DNA of 64,000 nucleotides from positions 372,001-436,000 of the forward strand of contig CDRNVI010000004.1 in assembly GCA_977017575.1 (NCBI GenBank). The letters are read 5' to 3'. Under the pieces are notes generated by a model. That model saw nothing but the letters and a program-made list of their open reading frames with translations. It did no database searches and was not told the DNA's origin. Below are positions 59,492-64,000 of this stretch, piece after piece. The translations under genes and the position numbers were made by a program. Source of the DNA: Paramoeba atlantica. Its lineage: Eukaryota; Protista; Discosea. Every line of letters starts with the position of its first letter. Positions within the stretch are counted from its first letter, which is position 1.

Positions 59492-59692
59492 GATAGTTTA
59501 CGAGAGGAAATTTAGACGAGAAGAAATACGAATTTGAAAAGACTCCTTTTTCTCGAATGGCCCTACGAGGCACATAATCTCTGATTATGAATTCTATTAT
59601 ATCTTTTAATATGATTTAAATTATAACTTTATGTAGATTGTGTATAGTTTTATAGCTTACATTCTCTTACAAGTTATTTTTATTAGTGTGCG

Positions 59693-60655
59693 ATGACGGC
59701 CAGAGCGATCAGTCCTGATCCGGCCGCGCCGAGTGATCACCAGCAGACACTCAACCCTGGCCAGGTTGAGGCGATTCTGCAAGGCGGTGGCCATGCCGTT
59801 CCGTTGTCCGAAGAAGCTTTGCGAGAATTTGCAGATAAAACCAATTTACTACTCTCACGAGGTTATCGCGTCTTCGTTCAAGCAGTGTGGTCGGAGCGAG
59901 GGGACCAGGATCGATACACGGTTACAGGTCGTGTCTACTTTAAGAATCCAAAAGATCCGAACAGTGAGATTAAAGCGCGATGGGACGATGACCCTGACAT
60001 TGAATATTCGTTTCCTTTCCCGGATATAAGCTATTACGATCTCAGTTTCGTCAAGGTTCAAGCACGTATGCCGGGTGGACAACGGGTGAGTGATCCTATC
60101 CAATCTGAAGTGGGCGTAGAAAACCCCAAGGCATTTTCAGTAATCTTCCCCTTGACATGGAAATCGTATATATACTCTGAAGATGACTTCAAGCCCCGTG
60201 AATTGATCAGAGAATTGCGCGATGCTCCTCAATTAGGTGTTCGCTTCAACCCTCCCCCAATCCGAGAGCGCTTGTTTACTATCCTCACCAAATGGATTTA
60301 TGCGGCGCGCGAGCTAGGCACCTGGACAGAAGATTTCGTTGCTATCGCTACCATGCTGATCGAGGAGTTACGCACGCACTATTGGGCAGCTGCTGGAGCG
60401 CCAGTCGATCGTGTTCAACAACGCCTCCATCAAGTGGAAGACCCCAATGACGTATTTGGGAAAATGATGCTTGAGGAACAGCTCAAGCAAACTCGTATTT
60501 CTCGCCGTGCCAACCCTGTTTGCTATAATTGTCGTAAACCAGGTCATATACGTGCTAACTGTCCTCTTTTGACTCAGATTTTTCAGAGGGGGGTGGCGAG
60601 TGGCGCTGCGCGTTCCCACCAAATGGTGCGCAGCGAAAGACGGACAATCCACTAG
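59693..60655 (+). CDS. YR-2 Gag-like protein
   Basis: CYNCRKPGHIRANC knuckle; homologous to the other gags. Confidence 0.9.
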   Translation: MTARAISPDPAAPSDHQQTLNPGQVEAILQGGGHAVPLSEEALREFADKTNLLLSRGYRVFVQAVWSERGDQDRYTVTGRVYFKNPKDPNSEIKARWDDDPDIEYSFPFPDISYYDLSFVKVQARMPGGQRVSDPIQSEVGVENPKAFSVIFPLTWKSYIYSEDDFKPRELIRELRDAPQLGVRFNPPPIRERLFTILTKWIYAARELGTWTEDFVAIATMLIEELRTHYWAAAGAPVDRVQQRLHQVEDPNDVFGKMMLEEQLKQTRISRRANPVCYNCRKPGHIRANCPLLTQIFQRGVASGAARSHQMVRSERRTIH

Positions 60656-60658
60656 GGA

Positions 60659-61834
60659 TTGTTCCCCACCCCAAAAACTACTCGTGTCATTGGATTGAAG
60701 AGATCGTGGAAAAGTTCGCAAAACTCGTTCGTGAGGTGCTCTCCCAAATTTCCCAAAATCAGTGCCCGGAGTGTGCCCAAAACTACTCGTATCCCAATAC
60801 AGACCAAAATGCATCCTTGCACACGACTGATTCCACTAAGGGTCTTACCTCAAACACGTGTCGCGCACCGCACAGATTCGCAAACAGTCAGAGGACTAAA
60901 ACGAGAACACAGTCGCGATGTATCCCACGACCAAGTTCAAAACATTACTCAGGCAATTCTGAGGATAAATCCGGACGATCCGGACTCCGTCCAGCTGACC
61001 GAAGCGATTCAGCCGATGTGGGCAAAGTCGACTTGGAACAACAGAACACGCCTATGGAAAAACGTAAACGAATTTTGTCGCGTGAAGCACCGAGAGATGA
61101 ATTCAGCAACCGCCATTTTGTATCTCCAGACTCTACGCGTCGCGCCGTCAACTCGCCTCAATTATGCTCGCGCTCTTCACACGGTTTTCACGTTGATGGG
61201 GATGGAATGCAATCCGTTGAAGTTGTTCACAAAAGCGATTCAAGCCCAGGGGGGCACGGAACCACAACGTCAAATGCAACCGATAACACCTCCCATGTTG
61301 CAAAAATTGTGCACACGCCTGTCGATAACACAAGCAATGACGGTCCTGCTATGCTGGAAAGCCGCGTCACGCTGGACCGAAACGGCCGAGCTAAGAAGGG
61401 AGCAATTTCTGAGTGTAAATTCGAACGAAATAATAATCTACTGGGGACGTTTCACGAAGACCACTCGTCTAAATCCGTACCGACCGTACATGTACGCGAT
61501 CATCACGGGTCCGGGCACAAACCAAATAGCTCAGTATGTAAGCAGCCTGCGACCAGGGCAACGAATGAGCACCGCGACAGTTCAGGAGATGGATCTCCAT
61601 ATTCGAGACGTCCTAGGCGACGGATATGGCACGCACTCAATCAAGAGAGGAGCCATCACCTTTCTATTTCAGGAAATAGTAGAAGGCCACCTCAACTTAT
61701 CGGAAGTAATGAATCTCTCAAAGCACTTGAACGTAGAAAGTCTACTGCGGTACAACGCCAACCAAATAACTACGGCAAGAGCGTTAGGGACTCAGAAGGT
61801 GTCAGTACTTCTCCCCGGTGCATCGATAATGTGA
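60659..61834 (+). CDS. YR-2 tyrosine recombinase (in frame behind the gag TAG; start uncertain)
   Basis: WKAASRW, HSIKRGA, NLSKH and LLRY. Confidence 0.9.
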   Translation: MFPTPKTTRVIGLKRSWKSSQNSFVRCSPKFPKISARSVPKTTRIPIQTKMHPCTRLIPLRVLPQTRVAHRTDSQTVRGLKREHSRDVSHDQVQNITQAILRINPDDPDSVQLTEAIQPMWAKSTWNNRTRLWKNVNEFCRVKHREMNSATAILYLQTLRVAPSTRLNYARALHTVFTLMGMECNPLKLFTKAIQAQGGTEPQRQMQPITPPMLQKLCTRLSITQAMTVLLCWKAASRWTETAELRREQFLSVNSNEIIIYWGRFTKTTRLNPYRPYMYAIITGPGTNQIAQYVSSLRPGQRMSTATVQEMDLHIRDVLGDGYGTHSIKRGAITFLFQEIVEGHLNLSEVMNLSKHLNVESLLRYNANQITTARALGTQKVSVLLPGASIM

Positions 61835-63423
61835 TGGTTCAGGAGTTTTACGAACAGGTTCCTTTCCTTAAATCGTATTCAATTTTATGTCCAAGGCGCA
61901 GTTCCAAATTAGCTAAAACCGACGACTACCATATCCCCTTGCATGCAAAGGATAATATTCCGACGTTGAATGTTCAAAAATTACGGAAGTGGCTAACGGA
62001 ACAACAGAATGATAGGCTAACGTACGTTCTTGATGAACTCACCAAGTTGCCCGAGAAAGCTGAGTCCGCTCCTTGCATTAAACCGGCATTGGCTCCAGGA
62101 GACATTCCAGCATTGATTCGGTCTAAAGTCATATCGAAGGTATCTACCGAAGAAGCCAAACGACGCCCGACCATGCAATATATGGTTCCGTTCACTGTCC
62201 TTGAAAAAGACGACGCGGGCAAAGACAGAAGACGTTTTATTTCATGGACACGATCAGACAATTTACGCCTAAAGGACTACGAACCAGCTGTTCCTCTCCT
62301 ACACCCTTCTCGTTATTTATACGCAGTAAATGCTGAGGTGGGGGTAAAACGTGATCTAATGTGTGGTTTTTACCAGGTTGGCTTACCCTTACGATCCCGA
62401 GCAAAGTTTCGGTTTCGTGCAGAAGATGGGCAATTATACGAAATGAATGTTTTACCCATGGGCCACAGATGTGCGCCTGAAATTATGCATTGCATGACAG
62501 CAGCGTTGGCAGGAAATAAAGATTATTGCTCAAAATCCCACTCGTATCAACACGGTTCTACTGATATCTATATAGATGGAGTTCGTTTTTCCGGATCTAG
62601 AAAACATGCAGACGAGTATGTTTATTTTATTGACTCGCGTGCGCGAGTGGCAGGAGCTCGATTTAAAGATCAGGACGTTCCTCCGACGAAACAATACGTG
62701 TTCAACGGAGTGAAATTTGATCACGCATCAAGCCGGGTCTGCTTGGGACCGAAGGTTGTGAGCAAATTGAAACGGGATACTTTTTCGAGACTCACTTTCT
62801 TAGAGCTGGAGGCGGCGGTGGGGCGTCTACTGTACTGCTCTTCGATACTTGGTGTGGTAATCCCGCAATATCACTTTGCGATAAAAATAGTACAACGACG
62901 TATTAATTACTTGAACCGACATCCTTTTGCAAAGGACAAAATCGTGGATCTTCCCATGAAAACTCGTGTGATCTTAGCTCAATGGCGTGACGACTTGATT
63001 AAAAACGTGCCGATAAGAGCACCCCCTCACCCCGCCACTGCACCTCCGCGTCATAAACTCTTTACAGACGCCTCCTCAAAAGGATGGGGAGCAATTCTGT
63101 ACATGGATAGCGGAGAGGTTAAGATTTTGGGCGCACCTTGGCCAGCAGAATGGACCTACGAAGTTAACAAATCAGAAGCGGCGGCGGTGCGATTCGCCCT
63201 CGAAGAATTCCAAAAATATTTCGAGCAAGGGACTTGCGTTCAGCTTTGGATTGATAATACGTCTTGTCGAGCAGCGTTGAATCGGAAAATATGCAAGTCT
63301 GATGGCATAGCGAAAGAATTGAAAAGCATTTTACAGAGTTTAAAGAATAAAGGAATATGTATTCAAGCTCATTATATTTCTACGAAACTAAATCCAGCGG
63401 ACCCAATAAGCAGAATTTTTTAG
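60706..63423 (+). CDS. YR-2 RT/RNase H (frame open from 60559)
   Basis: KRDLMCGFYQ, LPMGH, YIDG, FTDASSKGWG, IDNTS and NPADPISR. Confidence 0.92.
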   Translation: MEKFAKLVREVLSQISQNQCPECAQNYSYPNTDQNASLHTTDSTKGLTSNTCRAPHRFANSQRTKTRTQSRCIPRPSSKHYSGNSEDKSGRSGLRPADRSDSADVGKVDLEQQNTPMEKRKRILSREAPRDEFSNRHFVSPDSTRRAVNSPQLCSRSSHGFHVDGDGMQSVEVVHKSDSSPGGHGTTTSNATDNTSHVAKIVHTPVDNTSNDGPAMLESRVTLDRNGRAKKGAISECKFERNNNLLGTFHEDHSSKSVPTVHVRDHHGSGHKPNSSVCKQPATRATNEHRDSSGDGSPYSRRPRRRIWHALNQERSHHLSISGNSRRPPQLIGSNESLKALERRKSTAVQRQPNNYGKSVRDSEGVSTSPRCIDNVMVQEFYEQVPFLKSYSILCPRRSSKLAKTDDYHIPLHAKDNIPTLNVQKLRKWLTEQQNDRLTYVLDELTKLPEKAESAPCIKPALAPGDIPALIRSKVISKVSTEEAKRRPTMQYMVPFTVLEKDDAGKDRRRFISWTRSDNLRLKDYEPAVPLLHPSRYLYAVNAEVGVKRDLMCGFYQVGLPLRSRAKFRFRAEDGQLYEMNVLPMGHRCAPEIMHCMTAALAGNKDYCSKSHSYQHGSTDIYIDGVRFSGSRKHADEYVYFIDSRARVAGARFKDQDVPPTKQYVFNGVKFDHASSRVCLGPKVVSKLKRDTFSRLTFLELEAAVGRLLYCSSILGVVIPQYHFAIKIVQRRINYLNRHPFAKDKIVDLPMKTRVILAQWRDDLIKNVPIRAPPHPATAPPRHKLFTDASSKGWGAILYMDSGEVKILGAPWPAEWTYEVNKSEAAAVRFALEEFQKYFEQGTCVQLWIDNTSCRAALNRKICKSDGIAKELKSILQSLKNKGICIQAHYISTKLNPADPISRIF

Positions 63424-64000
63424 AGATTAAACACACACACACACACACAAAAAAAAAAAAAAGATTGCTTCTTCTTTCAAAAAAAAAAAAAAAAATATAT
63501 ATTTAGTGAATGATCAAATGTAGGTTTATCAAGCTTCCGTTCGCAGCTTGGCCAGCTTCGCAATGGAATTTTGTATGTGGAACGTGCAGCGATTTAATAT
63601 ACGAGAGACAGGATGTTGTGAGGAGACGAGCGATCGGGGTGGTGGCTGCGTGCCAGGGGGCAAAGCCCCTTCACTACGTATTATAATTTTATATTATGCT
63701 TTTGAAATAGTTTGCGCGCTATATACATCCGGATAGTTGCATCAATAATACGAATATTCTTTAGCTAGTAAATATAGGCAGTGGATGAGATTCAGGATAT
63801 CAGCGATATATTTCTTTAGCTCTTACAACAATGTTTTCTTACAAGTTGTTTTTAATGTATGTGGAAGACTCTCGTCGTTGATTTCTGATAGTTTACGAGA
63901 GGAAATTTAGACGAGAAGAAATACGAATTTGAAAAGACTCCTTTTTCTCGAATGGCCCTACGAGGCACATAATCTCTGATTATGAATTCTATTATATCTT

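Larger units (their letters stand above)
59492..64000 (+). mobile_element. Intact YR-2 element; A1 from 59492, B1-A2 junction at 63886/63887; runs off the window end
   Basis: 59492 onward is repeated at 63887-64000; three intact ORFs. Confidence 0.93.

Overview
This is eukaryotic repeat-only DNA with no recognisable host genes. It is probably euglenozoan, because it carries a 39-nt kinetoplastid/diplonemid-type spliced-leader (SL) exon. Bases 1-19871 are a near-perfect 17-bp tandem array (AAAAAGATGGTCTTAAC, about 870 units). An intact 5.0-kb tyrosine-recombinase (YR) retrotransposon of VIPER/Ngaro architecture (gag-YR-RT/RNaseH, split direct repeats) is integrated precisely into that array. 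Bases 19872-64000 are a nested retroelement cluster containing two more YR families, at least six CRE-like RLE-endonuclease non-LTR families (my labels A/A', B-F), one APE-RT-RNaseH non-LTR element split into four collinear pieces, three TIR MITEs with 8-bp TSDs, a 132-bp minisatellite, and many short polyA-tailed retrocopies. Most junctions resolve by eye into TSD-flanked insertions whose removal restores reading frames. The main leads are: (1) a possible non-canonical terminal repeat linked to a CRE element whose 3' end carries related repeats; (2) SL-headed retrocopies and apparent RT template-jump concatemers; (3) conserved three-frame recoding and a YxDG RT motif in the YR elements; (4) a covarying pseudoknotted 3' UTR. 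All of this was read by eye, with no alignments or database searches run.
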